From an uncultured Gemmatimonadales bacterium (GTDB lineage: Bacteria > Gemmatimonadota > Gemmatimonadetes > Longimicrobiales > RSA9), in assembly GCA_963816355.1 (NCBI GenBank), contig CAWFKH010000006.1, positions 1 to 64,000 on the forward strand: a stretch of 64,000 nt of DNA. The letters are read 5' to 3'. Each line of letters opens with the position of its first letter. The stretch's first letter is position 1. Positions 8,605 through 19,161 of the stretch are shown here, in pieces. A program made the position numbers and the translations under genes. The notes below the pieces were generated by a model. It was not told the origin of the DNA and made no database searches. It saw nothing but the letters and a program-made list of their open reading frames with translations.

Positions 8605-10023
8605 ATGCGGTATGCATTTCGACAGCGCAGCGGCCTCATGGTCCTCGTCGGATTGCTCCTCGGGATGGGGGCGACGCCGGCATTCGCGGCGGGGCGGCCC
8701 GGCAACCGGGCAGGGCTCTGGATGGGCGGCCGCGAGGTCACGCTCTCGGCCACGCACCCGCTGTCCATCCCGAGCTTCTCGCGCCAGACGAAGCTCGCGT
8801 GCAACGTGTGTCACACGGCGTTTCTGCAGCTGACGAACTTCGGCCGCCTCTTCAAGCTGAACGGCTATACCTTGAGCGGAATCGAGAAGGTGACCGCCGG
8901 CAAGGGCGCCGCGGCCGGGGGGCTCTCGCTGGAGCTCATCCCACCGCTCTCGGTCATGGTGCAGACGTCGCTCACGCACGTCGCGAAGGCTCCGCCGGGC
9001 ACGGCCAACGACCAGGCCGAGTTCCCGGACCAGCTGAGCCTGTTCGTGGGGGAGGCGATCACGCCGCGGATCGGGACCTTCCTGCAGTTCACGTACTCGG
9101 GGCCGGACGGCTCCTTCGGCTGGGACAACGCCGACATCCGCTTCGCCGACCACGCCACCCTGGCCGGCCGCTCGCTGATCTACGGCGTGACGCTGAACAA
9201 CAGTCCGTCCGTGCAGGACGTGTGGAACAGCACGCCCGCCTGGAGCTGGCCCTTCACGGGGTCGAGCGTCGCGCCCACGCCCGCGGCCGCCACGGCGATC
9301 GAGGGCGACCTCGCGCAGCGCGTGGCCGGGCTGGGCGGCTACATCTTCTGGAACAGCCTGCTCTACGCCGAGCTGAGCGGGTACCGCTCGGCGCCGCAGG
9401 GCGGACCGCACCCGGCGGACGCGAGCGCCGAGCAGACGATCAAGGGGGTGAGCCCCTACTGGCGAGTCGCGCTCTCGCACGAAATGCCCACGCAGTCCAT
9501 CGAGGTCGGCACCTTCGGCCTCGCCACGCGCGAGTACCCCAGCGGCGTGGGCGGCTTCACGAACCACTATACGGACCTCGGCCTGGACGCTCAGTACCAG
9601 TACTTCTTCGGTCGCTCCAACCTCACCGCGCATACCACCTACATCCACGAGCACCAGACCCTCGACGCCTCGTTCCAGACCGGCGACGCCGCCAATCCGA
9701 CCGACGTGCTGCAAACCTTCAAGGCGGACGCCGAGCTCGTCCTGCCCTCGGGGATCGCGCCCGGACTCGGCTTCTTCGCCAGCTCCGGGACCGCGGACAC
9801 CGGCCTCTACCCCGCGGCCGACGTGGACGGCAGCGTCACCGGGCACCCGAACAGCAGCGGCGTCACCGCCGAGCTGGACTTCAATCCCTGGCTGAACACC
9901 CGCCTCGCCGCGCAATACGTGCTGTACAGCAAGTTCAACGGCTCGAACGCCAACTACGACGGTGCCGGCCGCAGCGCGTCGGACAACAACACGCTCTACC
10001 TCCTGGCCTGGCTCGTGTTCTGA
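8605..10023 (+). CDS. cyc2: Cyc2-like outer-membrane cytochrome c-porin fusion
   Basis: Signal peptide; PSFSRQTKLACNVCHTAFLQLTNFGRLFKLNGY N-terminal heme domain; LNNSPSVQDVWNSTPAW; beta-strand-rich body; C-terminal Phe (YLLAWLVF); RBS GGAGGT. Confidence 0.85.
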   Translation: MRYAFRQRSGLMVLVGLLLGMGATPAFAAGRPGNRAGLWMGGREVTLSATHPLSIPSFSRQTKLACNVCHTAFLQLTNFGRLFKLNGYTLSGIEKVTAGKGAAAGGLSLELIPPLSVMVQTSLTHVAKAPPGTANDQAEFPDQLSLFVGEAITPRIGTFLQFTYSGPDGSFGWDNADIRFADHATLAGRSLIYGVTLNNSPSVQDVWNSTPAWSWPFTGSSVAPTPAAATAIEGDLAQRVAGLGGYIFWNSLLYAELSGYRSAPQGGPHPADASAEQTIKGVSPYWRVALSHEMPTQSIEVGTFGLATREYPSGVGGFTNHYTDLGLDAQYQYFFGRSNLTAHTTYIHEHQTLDASFQTGDAANPTDVLQTFKADAELVLPSGIAPGLGFFASSGTADTGLYPAADVDGSVTGHPNSSGVTAELDFNPWLNTRLAAQYVLYSKFNGSNANYDGAGRSASDNNTLYLLAWLVF

Positions 10024-10044
10024 GTCGGTCGCACGACGCTGAAC

Positions 10045-10080
10045 GCCTCGGCCCGCCGCCGCACGCCGGCGGGCCGAGGC
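10045..10080 (+). other. GC-rich intergenic hairpin between cyc2 and the cytochrome c gene
   Basis: GCCTCGGCCCGCCG / CGGCGGGCCGAGGC, a perfect 14-bp stem with no U-tract. Confidence 0.6.
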
Positions 10081-10103
10081 CTCCCTCCCTGCAAGGAGAA
10101 GCG

Positions 10104-10562
10104 ATGTCGAGCTTCAAGATCGTCGCCTGCGCGAGCCTCGCCTGCGCCGCCGTGGTCCTGCTGACGGCCGCCCCCGGCGCGGCCCAGATGCCGGCCGCCC
10201 CGGCGCACGATCGCCCCGCCACCACGACTCCGGCGGCGAGCGTCGCGCCGTGCCCGAAGCTCACGGAGGACCTGGCCAGGCAGGGGAAGAAGATGTTCAG
10301 GGGCGGCGGCAACTGCTACACCTGCCACGGCGCCAACGCCAAGGGCACCCCGCTCGCGCCCAACCTGACCGACACCACCTGGATCCAGATCGACGGCAGC
10401 CTGCCGGCGATCATGGAGCTGATCAGGACCGGCGTTCCGCAGCCGAAGCAGCATCCCGCACCGATGCCCCCCATGGGCGGCGCTCAATTGAGTGCCGCGG
10501 AGGTGTGTGCGCTCGGCGCCTACGTCTATTCGCTGAGCCACGGGCTCACCGGGTCGAAATAG
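10104..10562 (+). CDS. Periplasmic monoheme class I cytochrome c
   Basis: RBS AAGGAG; signal peptide; NCYTCHG; GTPLAPNLTD; distal Met in PMPPMGG; C-terminal LGAYVYSL helix. Confidence 0.9.
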   Translation: MSSFKIVACASLACAAVVLLTAAPGAAQMPAAPAHDRPATTTPAASVAPCPKLTEDLARQGKKMFRGGGNCYTCHGANAKGTPLAPNLTDTTWIQIDGSLPAIMELIRTGVPQPKQHPAPMPPMGGAQLSAAEVCALGAYVYSLSHGLTGSK

Positions 10563-10667
10563 AGGACCGCCGGCGCGCAGGCGCGGCGGCGGATGCGGAC
10601 GAATTCCTTCGCCGTGTCGCAGTCACGCTGACGAGCGGGCGGGATCGGCACCCTTTCGGGCGACCTT

Positions 10668-13600
10668 TCACGTAGTAAGCCGGATGACGTCGCGGTCAGG
10701 GGCGCGCCGGACGATCACCCGGTGCTCGATCCCGTCGTCCACCAGCGGGATGTCCGGTCCCTCGAGGACGCGCCCGTCGAGCGTCACCTCCGCCCGCGTG
10801 TCGTCGCCGAACGTGCCGGGCTCGTGCACGACGATACGGTAGCGGGCGGCGCCGAATCGGTAGTCGATGGCCAGCTCCGGCCAGGCGGCGGGCACGCGCG
10901 GCGCGATGCGCAGCACGTCGCCGCGTCGGTCGAAGCCGAGGATGGCCTCGAGACCCACGCGATACATCCAGCCCGCGGCGCCCGTGTACCAGGTCCAGCC
11001 TCCCCGGCCGACGTGTCCGGGCGCGGTGTAGACGTCCGCCGCGACGACGTACGGCTCCACCTTGTAGCGGGCGACCTCGTCCGGGGTGCGGGTGTGCAGC
11101 AGCGGGTTGAGCATCTGGAACAGCTCGAGCGCGCGGCCGCCGTCGCCCGAGCGCGCCGTGGCGAGGACGGCCCACGTGGCGGCGTGCGTGTACTGGGCGC
11201 CGTTCTCCCGCACGCCGGGCAGGTAGCCCTTGATGTAGCCGGGATCGCGCGGGGACTTGTCGAACGGCGGCGTGAGCAGGCGGATGAGTCGGGCATCCTC
11301 GTCCACCAGGTGCTCCTCGAGGGCGCGCATGGCGCGGACCTGGCGCTCCGGGCCGCCGGCCCCGGAGATCACGCTCCAGCTCTGGGCGATGGAGTCGATG
11401 CGGCACTCGTCGCTGCGGCTGGAGCCGAGGGGCGACCCATCGTCGAAGAACGCGCGCAGGTACCAGTCGCCGTCCCAGCCGTGCGTCTCCGCGGCCGATG
11501 CGTACTCGTCGGCGCGTCGCCGCAGCTCGCCGGCGACCTCCTGATCGCCGCGCTCCGCGGCTCGGACGGCGAACGAGCGCAGCGTCGCGATGAGGAACCA
11601 CGCCAGCCATACGCTCTCGCCGCGCCCCTCCACGCCGACGCGGTTCATGCCGTCGTTCCAGTCGCCCGTGCCGATCAGCGGCAGGCCGTGGGGGCCCGCG
11701 GTGGAGGCGCGTCGGAGCGCGCGCAGGCAGTGCTCGTAGACGCTGCCGTGCTCGTCGCTCGTGCCGGGCAGGTCGTAGATCTCGACCTCCTCCGGCTCGA
11801 GCGGGCGCATCGTGAGGAAGGGCACGTGCTCGTCGAGCACCGAGCCATCGCCGGTCCGGGTGACGTACTCGTCGACGACCCAGGGCAGCCAGGCGAGGTC
11901 GTCGGAGAAGCGGGTGCGCACGCCGGCGCCCGTGTGCGGGTGCCACCAGTGCTGGACATCGCCCTCGAGGAACTGGCGAGCGGCGGCGCGCAGGATGTGC
12001 TCGCGCGCCAGCGCCGGCTCCGCGTGGACGACGGCGAGGACGTCCTGTAGCTGGTCACGGAAGCCGTAGGCGCCGCTGCTCTGATAGAGCGCCGAGCGCC
12101 CCCACAGCCGGCAGGACAGCGTCTGGTACGGCAGCCAGCGGTTGAGCAGGGCGTCGAAGGCCGGGTCGGGGGTGCGCACGGTGATGGCCGAAAGGCGCCG
12201 GCGCCACTGCTCGACGGTGAGGGCGAGGGCGGCCGTGGCGGCGTCGACGCTGCGGAACCGCGTCGCGAGTCGGCGCGCGTCCGCATCCGTGCCGCCGGCG
12301 CCGAGGGACACGACCACATCGCGGCACTCGCCGGGGGCGAGGGCGAGCACGCATTGGAGTGCCGCGCACGGGTCGAGGCCGGTGCCGGTCGTCCCGGAGA
12401 GCTCGGGGCGCAGGAGGGCGGCGGGCCCCTGCACGCTTCCGTTCCGTCCGAGGAACTCGCGGCGGTCGCCGGTGTGGCCGGTGAGGGGCTCGCTCAGCGT
12501 GCAGAACGCGACGTGTTCGTGGAAGTGTGGGTCGAAGTGGTTGCGGGCGAAGATCGCGCCGAGCTCCGGCTCGAAGGCGGTGCGCACGTGGTGCTGCGTC
12601 CGCTCGCGTTGCGCGCCGAGCGTCCATTCCACGTACGCGGTCAGCCGGATCCGTCGCTCGACGGCGTCGCGGTTCGTGACTCGCAGCATGGACAGTCGCA
12701 CCGGCTCGTCGGCGGCCATGCCGAGCGTGAGGCGGGTGGCGATGCGGCTCCGCTCGGCCTCGAACACCGAGGCGCCGGCGCCGTGGCGCACCGCGTACTT
12801 GGTGTCGTGTCCGAGCGGTGCGGGCGTGGCGCTCCACGTGTCGCCGGACGCCTCGTCCTGGAGATAGAGGACATCCGAGATCGGGTCACTTACGGGATCG
12901 TTGTGCCAGGGGGTGAGGCGGAAGAAGTAGCTGCTGTCCGCCCAGGTGCAGCCCGCCCCGCGCTCGCTGACGATGAAGCCGCCGCGTTCGTGCGCGACGA
13001 CGTTGACCCACGGCGCGGGCGGCAGGGCGTCGCCCGCGACGCGGATGACGTAATCGTCGTTCGCGTCGAGGCCGCCGGTTCCGTTGTCGAAGGTGAGGTC
13101 GGCGCGCGGCCTCTCGACGGCGGCAGGCTGCGTCGGCCGGCCTGCCGGTGGTCGGAGGGGCCGGCGGGTGTGCGTAAAGCGCTCGAGGGCGGAACGAGGG
13201 GTCGCCTGTCGCTCGAGGATCCGCGGCACCTGCGCGGAGGGCGCGGCGTCGGGCCGGGCGGTCGGCGGCTCCACGAGCAGGCCGGCGAGGTGCGTGAGCG
13301 ATCGGCCGTCGCACGGGAGGACGAGCCGGGCCGTGGCGCGCAGCATGAGCAGCGTCTCCGCATCCAGCGACGCGACGTTCCGGAGGAAGACGCCGCCGGG
13401 CCGATCGAGGGCCGTGCCGCCGATGGCGAACAGCGTCTCCATGATGCGGTCCTGCAGCTCCTTCAGGTAAGACGCGGGCTGGGCGAAGAGTATGACCAGG
13501 TCGACCACGAGGCCGCGGCGGCGCCAGAATTGATGCGCGGCGCCGACCTGCCGCAACGTCGGGAGTCCGTCCACGCCATCGATGGTGGCGAGGACGATGC

Positions 13601-16600
13601 GGCGGTCACCGGACAGGCCGGCGGACCACAGCAGCGGCTGCGCGCCGCGGTTGCGTCGTACTTCCTCCGGCGTCGCGCGGAGATCCTGGTGGGGATAGAG
13701 GAGGCAGCCGGCGAGCTCCTGGAAGATGGCCGCGTCGGCGGGCGTCAGGTCGCGCTCGCGCAGCTCCACCTGCTGGGACGCCCATGCGAGGTCGAGGGCC
13801 CGCTGCGCCGTGTGCGAATCATGGTACCGGTCGGCCAGCTCGAAGGCGTCCTCCCGTGTGGCGGCGACCAGCGTGGTGAAGGTAACGGTGGCCGACTCTC
13901 CCGGGTCGAGCCGGAGCCGTGTCCGCAGGGCGAAGATCGGGTCGAGCACGGCACCGGTGGTGCCGGAGAGCGGAGCGGCGCCGTCGAGGGCGGCGGGCGC
14001 GCGCGTGGTCCGGCCGCGGCCGACGAAGCGCGCGCGGTCCGTCTCGTACGAGACGGGTCCGACCCGCGCGGTGCCGGCGTCCATCACGTGCACGCACCAC
14101 AGGGACGGCTCCTGCGCGGACCGCGGCCGCCGCGTGGCGGTGAGGGCCGAACACCACTCGTGCCACTCCGTCTCGACGAACAGGTTGGCGAACGCCGGGT
14201 GCGCCCGATCGGCGTCCGCCGGACCGAGCACCACCTCGCCGTAGCTCGTGAGCTCGATCTCCCGCGCGGATTGCGCATGATTGGTGAGCGTCACGCAGCG
14301 CACCTCGGCGGCGTCGTCGGGCACCACGGTGATCTCGGTGCGGGTCTCGATGTCTCCATCGGCGCGGTTGAAGCTCACGCGGTCGCTGGCGAGCAGCGCC
14401 CGGTACGCGTCGGCTGGAGCGCACACCGGCTGGTGGGCCGTCGACCACAGCCGGTCGGCGGTAACGTCCCTCACGTAGCAGAACTGGCCCATCGCGTCCG
14501 TGGTGCCGTCGGCGCGCCAGCGGGTGACCGCGATATCCTCGTACCGGGAGAACCCGGACCCCGCGTGCGTCACCATCACGGTGTAGGGCTGACGGCCGAG
14601 CAGCGCGACGTGCGGCCGCGGGGTGTCCGGCCGGGTGATCTCGCGGACGGCCTGATTCTCGGTCTCGGGGCGTGACGGCGCCGCGGCGGCGGCCGCCCGC
14701 CTGGCGGGTTGCAGCACGAGGCGGCGCGGGATCCGCTCGTGGAGCAGGAGCTCGGCCGACCGCACGAGGGGATCGGCGTGGAAGCGTCGTTGCCACACGT
14801 CGTCGGTGAGCAAGTTCGTCAGCGCGGCGAGGCTCATGCCGATGTGATGCGCCATGTAGTTGCGGACCACGGCGTGGTCCCCGCCCGGTTCCGGGCGGGA
14901 GTAGTCGATGGCGTCGCGGAAGCCGTACGGCCCGAGGGCGTCCAGCCCGGCGAGCACGGAAAGGTTCTCCAGCGCGCGGTCCGGCTCTACCCGCAGCGCC
15001 AGGGCGGAGGCGTACGGGGCGATCACGAGGTCGCGGCCGAGCCCGCGCTTGAGGCCGAGGTCCGGCACGCCGAACGCCCGGTACTGATACGTGAGCCGAT
15101 GGTCGCGCAGGTTGTACGCGCTCTCGCTCACGCCCCAGGGCACCTTCCGCCGGGCGCCGTAGGCGATCTGGCGCCGAACCGCGCCCCGGTACGTCTCATC
15201 GAGGAGCGTGGACGGATAGGAGCGCATGACGAGCGCCGGCATCAGGTACTCGAACATGCTGCCGCTCCACGAGACGAGCACGGTGGCGCCCGACGCGCGG
15301 GTCAGCGACCGACCGAGCCGGAACCAGTGGTCGAGCGGGACGTCGTTCTTCGCGACGGCGACGAAGCTCGCGAGGCGCGACTCCGAGGCGAGCAGGTCGT
15401 AGTGCGACCCATCCAGCGACCGGTTGGCGTGCTGATAGCCGATCGAGAAGAGCTCGCGATCCTCGTCGAAGAGGAAGCGGAAGTCCATCTCGGCCACGTA
15501 ATCGCCGGCGCGGTCGGCCAGCGCGTCCAGCCGGGCGCGCAGCTCGCGGCCGGTCGCCCCATCGTCTCCGGGCCCGGGGCGGGCATCCAGACACGCCTGC
15601 CGGACGGCGAGCAGGTGGCCCGCGAGGTTGCCGCTGTCCACCGTGGAGATGTACGCCGGCTCGAGGACGCTCAGATCGTGCAGGTCGTACCAGTTGAAGA
15701 AGTGCCCGCGGAAGCGCCGCATCCGCTCCAGGGAACGGAACACCCGCTCCAGCCGCCGCGTCATGTCGTCGATGGCGATGAAGCCGAGGTCGCGGGCGCT
15801 CGCGATGGCGAGCAGATGAAGGCCGATGTTCGTCGGCGACGTGCGCATGGCGACGGCGGCGCCGGGCTCTTCCTGGACGTTGTCCGGCACCAGCCAATTC
15901 GTGCCGGCGTCGACGAAGCGGTCGAAGTAACGCCAGTGCAGCCGCGCGAGGTCCCCGGCCGCGGCGGCCTGTGCCGCCGTGAGCTGTCGCCGCCGTGGCA
16001 CGGCCGGTTTGCCGAGCGCGTGGGCGATGGCGGGCGACGCCGCCCACAGCAGGGCGAGAGAGCCGGCCGCCACCGCGTCGGGCCACCCGAAGGTGCCCCG
16101 ACCTCCGCCCGCCGAGCGGACGACCGCGATCGCGGCGACGGCCACCGCGACGGCTGCCGCCGGCGACATCGCCTGCCACACGAGGGCGCGGCCCGTCCGC
16201 GGATCCCGTTCCGCCGTCGATGCGGTCTGCCACTCGAGCAGGTGCCGCCTGGTGACACCCAGCCGCCAGAGGGTGCGCACGATCGCGTCGGCCGACACCC
16301 AGGCCTGATGGGGCAGGAAGGCCAGGGCCAGGAAGAGCTGCCGCGCGGCCGTCCGCGCGTCCCGGGCGACGGACGCATAGTAGGCGCGCCAGGAGCGGTC
16401 GAGCGGCGGGCGCAGCGCGGCGAGCAGGACCGAGACGATCCAGGGCGCCGCGACCATGGCGAGTGTCAGCGCGGTCCAGCCCGCCAGCGAGCCTGGGAGC
16501 AGCAGCCAGCCGGCGAAGAGAAAGAGCAACAGCCCGATCTCGACCGTGCTTCGTCGGAGGTTGTCGAAGATCTTCCAGCGCGAGAGGAGCGGCAGCCGGT

Positions 16601-18959
16601 TGGCCTCGAGCCCGTCGGGCCCCGGCACGTGCGGCGACAGCCAGCGGAGCAGCTGCCAGTCGCCCCGGATCCAGCGGTGCTTCCGTCGGGTGAACGTGAG
16701 GTAGCGCGCGGGGTGGTCGTCGTAGACCCTGATGTCGGTGACGAGCCCGGCGCGGGCGTAGCTGCCTTCGATCAGGTCATGCGAAAGCAGCGTGTTCTCG
16801 GGGAACCGGCCGCGGGTCGCCTGGTCGAACACGTCGACGTCGTAGATGCCCTTCCCCGTGAAGCTGCCCTCGCCGAACAGGTCCTGGTATACGTCGGAGC
16901 TGGCGGTCGCGTAGGGGTCGACGCCCGGGTGCCCGGAGTGGATGGACGAGAAATGGGATCGATGCGCGCTGGGCAGCGTGACGCCCACGCGCGGCTGAAG
17001 GATGCCGTAGCCGCGCACCACGCGGCCCCGACGCGCGTCGTACACGGCGCGGTTGAGCGGGTGCGCCAGCGTGCCGATCAGCTCCGCGGCGCTGCCGGGA
17101 GGCAGCACGGTATCGGCGTCGAGCGTGATGACGTAGCGAACGGAGCCCAGCACCTCCACGTCGCCGGCGGTGATGGCGAAGGCATCCCGCGCTCCGCCGC
17201 GCAGGAACCGATTGAACTCGGCCAGCTTGCCGCGCTTGCGCTCCCAGCCCATCCAGACGCCCTGGCAGGCGTTCCAGCGTCGGGGCCGATGAAGGAGCTG
17301 GAACGCGTCCCGGCCGACGGGCGCGTAGCGGTCGTTGAGGTCGCGGACGCGCGCCACGGCCGCGGTGACGATCGCCGCATCGTCCTCGCGGCTCTCCTCC
17401 GCCGCGTCGGTGAAGTCGCTGAGGACGCAGAAATGCAGGTGCGCTCCCCGGTTGGCGAGAAATTGGACCTCGAGGTGATCGAACGCTTCGTCGACGGCCG
17501 CGATGCCGTCGAACAGTGTGGGCACGACGACGGCCGTGCGGAGCTCCGCGGGCACGCCGTCGCGAGCGCTGAGGTCGAGCCTGGGGAGCGTGCGCGGCGG
17601 CAGCAGCACCGTGACCAGCTGGTCGACGACGACGGTGGCGACGTGGCTCGCGGGGATGAGCGCGAGGACGAGGATCGGAATCCACGCGCCGCGGGCCTCG
17701 GGCCCGGCCAGCCACAGCACGGCGGCGAGTGCCGCGACGAAGCCGGTGAGCAGGCTCGCGGCGAACACCGTGCCCGGGTGCCTCAGCACCCACCGGTGGA
17801 GCGCCTCGCGCGCCCGGGGCCGATACCCGGCGGCGACCTCCAGCTCCCGGAGCCCGTCGTCCACGAGGTAGAAGCCGACGTGGGCGCGGACGTGCTCCGG
17901 CCCGTGGTCCTGCGACGCGGCGTGGGCGAGATCGACGGCCATCCGCGCCACGTGTTCTTCCGGATGATGCGTCCGGCGCGCGATGCGCTCGACCACGTGG
18001 CGGTAGTGATCACGCGTCTCGAACGTCATGCGGCCATGGTACCCCGCCGGGTCGGCGCGCAGGACGGCTTCCAGCGCGCTGTGCCGCTCGACGAACATGC
18101 GCCAGTCCAGTTGTGCGATCGTGCGCAGGCTCGTGATGCTGTGGGCCATCATGACCTGCGTGAGGGCCAGGTGCTGCGCCGCTCGCGCCGACGCCACCTC
18201 GTCGCTCACCCTGCGCTCGCCGATCCACTCCTCGATCTCGACGAGCGGGAGAATCGCGCCGCGGGTCAGGCGCAACTGGCGCAGGAAGCGCGCGATGAAC
18301 ACCTCCGTCAGGCGCGGCGGCGCCTCGACGAACGCACCCAGGGCCGCGCTCAGCTTGGCCGCCCCCTGCTCGCTCGCGGTCTCGATGCGCAGAGCCCACG
18401 CGTCCGCCTCCTCGATCTCGCGCATCCGGCGCATGGTACGCAGCGTCATGCGCCGTACGCTCTCGATCAGCGCGATCCGGAACATGGCGGGCAGCGCCCA
18501 CAGCTCGCCGATCGCGAGGGGCGTGACCGACTGGTAGGCGGAGACGAAGAGGTCCAGGTTGTCGACGTCGATGCGCGCTTCGGAGTGGGAGATCAGCGCG
18601 ATCGCGAGCTCGTACACGCGCGGGTACCCGGCCAGCCGCCCGCTCGCCAGCTCGGGCAGCTCCCGGTAGTAGCCTCGCGGGAGCGCCTCGTGCACTTCCC
18701 GGATGTGCTCCTGCACGATGTGGAAGTTGTCCAGCAGCCATTCGCCGGCCGGGCCCACGTCGACGTCGCGGGCCGCGCCCGCGGACAGGGCCGCGTGCGC
18801 TTCGTCCAGGATGCGTCGGGTCTGGGCCAGGCGAAGGAGCAGGGCGGCCTCGCGGCGCGCCCGGGTGGGGGGATGCGCGCCCTCGCGGCGGGCGACGGCG
18901 CGGGCCTTTTCGGCGAGCTGATCGGTGCCGAGGAGCACACCGCGGATCGGACCGGCCAC
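10668..18959 (-). CDS. cgs: Cyclic beta-1,2-glucan synthase (Cgs/NdvB/ChvB) with C-terminal GH94 phosphorylase domain
   Basis: 2763 aa; GWERKRGKL, YVITLDADT, SHDLIEG, RKHRWIRGDWQ; TSPTNIG; YDLLASESR; GH94 motifs GAYGFRDQLQD, GDWNDG, ENGAQYTHA. Confidence 0.95.
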   Translation of the reverse strand: MAGPIRGVLLGTDQLAEKARAVARREGAHPPTRARREAALLLRLAQTRRILDEAHAALSAGAARDVDVGPAGEWLLDNFHIVQEHIREVHEALPRGYYRELPELASGRLAGYPRVYELAIALISHSEARIDVDNLDLFVSAYQSVTPLAIGELWALPAMFRIALIESVRRMTLRTMRRMREIEEADAWALRIETASEQGAAKLSAALGAFVEAPPRLTEVFIARFLRQLRLTRGAILPLVEIEEWIGERRVSDEVASARAAQHLALTQVMMAHSITSLRTIAQLDWRMFVERHSALEAVLRADPAGYHGRMTFETRDHYRHVVERIARRTHHPEEHVARMAVDLAHAASQDHGPEHVRAHVGFYLVDDGLRELEVAAGYRPRAREALHRWVLRHPGTVFAASLLTGFVAALAAVLWLAGPEARGAWIPILVLALIPASHVATVVVDQLVTVLLPPRTLPRLDLSARDGVPAELRTAVVVPTLFDGIAAVDEAFDHLEVQFLANRGAHLHFCVLSDFTDAAEESREDDAAIVTAAVARVRDLNDRYAPVGRDAFQLLHRPRRWNACQGVWMGWERKRGKLAEFNRFLRGGARDAFAITAGDVEVLGSVRYVITLDADTVLPPGSAAELIGTLAHPLNRAVYDARRGRVVRGYGILQPRVGVTLPSAHRSHFSSIHSGHPGVDPYATASSDVYQDLFGEGSFTGKGIYDVDVFDQATRGRFPENTLLSHDLIEGSYARAGLVTDIRVYDDHPARYLTFTRRKHRWIRGDWQLLRWLSPHVPGPDGLEANRLPLLSRWKIFDNLRRSTVEIGLLLFLFAGWLLLPGSLAGWTALTLAMVAAPWIVSVLLAALRPPLDRSWRAYYASVARDARTAARQLFLALAFLPHQAWVSADAIVRTLWRLGVTRRHLLEWQTASTAERDPRTGRALVWQAMSPAAAVAVAVAAIAVVRSAGGGRGTFGWPDAVAAGSLALLWAASPAIAHALGKPAVPRRRQLTAAQAAAAGDLARLHWRYFDRFVDAGTNWLVPDNVQEEPGAAVAMRTSPTNIGLHLLAIASARDLGFIAIDDMTRRLERVFRSLERMRRFRGHFFNWYDLHDLSVLEPAYISTVDSGNLAGHLLAVRQACLDARPGPGDDGATGRELRARLDALADRAGDYVAEMDFRFLFDEDRELFSIGYQHANRSLDGSHYDLLASESRLASFVAVAKNDVPLDHWFRLGRSLTRASGATVLVSWSGSMFEYLMPALVMRSYPSTLLDETYRGAVRRQIAYGARRKVPWGVSESAYNLRDHRLTYQYRAFGVPDLGLKRGLGRDLVIAPYASALALRVEPDRALENLSVLAGLDALGPYGFRDAIDYSRPEPGGDHAVVRNYMAHHIGMSLAALTNLLTDDVWQRRFHADPLVRSAELLLHERIPRRLVLQPARRAAAAAAPSRPETENQAVREITRPDTPRPHVALLGRQPYTVMVTHAGSGFSRYEDIAVTRWRADGTTDAMGQFCYVRDVTADRLWSTAHQPVCAPADAYRALLASDRVSFNRADGDIETRTEITVVPDDAAEVRCVTLTNHAQSAREIELTSYGEVVLGPADADRAHPAFANLFVETEWHEWCSALTATRRPRSAQEPSLWCVHVMDAGTARVGPVSYETDRARFVGRGRTTRAPAALDGAAPLSGTTGAVLDPIFALRTRLRLDPGESATVTFTTLVAATREDAFELADRYHDSHTAQRALDLAWASQQVELRERDLTPADAAIFQELAGCLLYPHQDLRATPEEVRRNRGAQPLLWSAGLSGDRRIVLATIDGVDGLPTLRQVGAAHQFWRRRGLVVDLVILFAQPASYLKELQDRIMETLFAIGGTALDRPGGVFLRNVASLDAETLLMLRATARLVLPCDGRSLTHLAGLLVEPPTARPDAAPSAQVPRILERQATPRSALERFTHTRRPLRPPAGRPTQPAAVERPRADLTFDNGTGGLDANDDYVIRVAGDALPPAPWVNVVAHERGGFIVSERGAGCTWADSSYFFRLTPWHNDPVSDPISDVLYLQDEASGDTWSATPAPLGHDTKYAVRHGAGASVFEAERSRIATRLTLGMAADEPVRLSMLRVTNRDAVERRIRLTAYVEWTLGAQRERTQHHVRTAFEPELGAIFARNHFDPHFHEHVAFCTLSEPLTGHTGDRREFLGRNGSVQGPAALLRPELSGTTGTGLDPCAALQCVLALAPGECRDVVVSLGAGGTDADARRLATRFRSVDAATAALALTVEQWRRRLSAITVRTPDPAFDALLNRWLPYQTLSCRLWGRSALYQSSGAYGFRDQLQDVLAVVHAEPALAREHILRAAARQFLEGDVQHWWHPHTGAGVRTRFSDDLAWLPWVVDEYVTRTGDGSVLDEHVPFLTMRPLEPEEVEIYDLPGTSDEHGSVYEHCLRALRRASTAGPHGLPLIGTGDWNDGMNRVGVEGRGESVWLAWFLIATLRSFAVRAAERGDQEVAGELRRRADEYASAAETHGWDGDWYLRAFFDDGSPLGSSRSDECRIDSIAQSWSVISGAGGPERQVRAMRALEEHLVDEDARLIRLLTPPFDKSPRDPGYIKGYLPGVRENGAQYTHAATWAVLATARSGDGGRALELFQMLNPLLHTRTPDEVARYKVEPYVVAADVYTAPGHVGRGGWTWYTGAAGWMYRVGLEAILGFDRRGDVLRIAPRVPAAWPELAIDYRFGAARYRIVVHEPGTFGDDTRAEVTLDGRVLEGPDIPLVDDGIEHRVIVRRAPDRDVIRLTT

Positions 18960-19161
18960 GCGCTCGTCCCGGCCGGAGCTCCGCGTCGGCCGGAGAAGAG
19001 CTCGAACGTACGGGAGCGCTATTGCCGAATCGTCATGGAGCGCATCGTCCTTTGGCGAAGACCGGAGCGACCGTGCTGGCCGAAAGAAGGCTACCCGGCT
19101 GGGGCAGGGAGGTTACGGACGCCGCGTTCTGCGCCGGTATTTCCGCTGTGGGGCGAGAACG

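Noticed and set aside
8598..10103. 654-aa ORF 8598-10562 as one protein
   Set aside because: Only the part from ATG 10104 (own RBS, signal peptide, CxxCH) is credible. The rest overlaps cyc2 out of frame.
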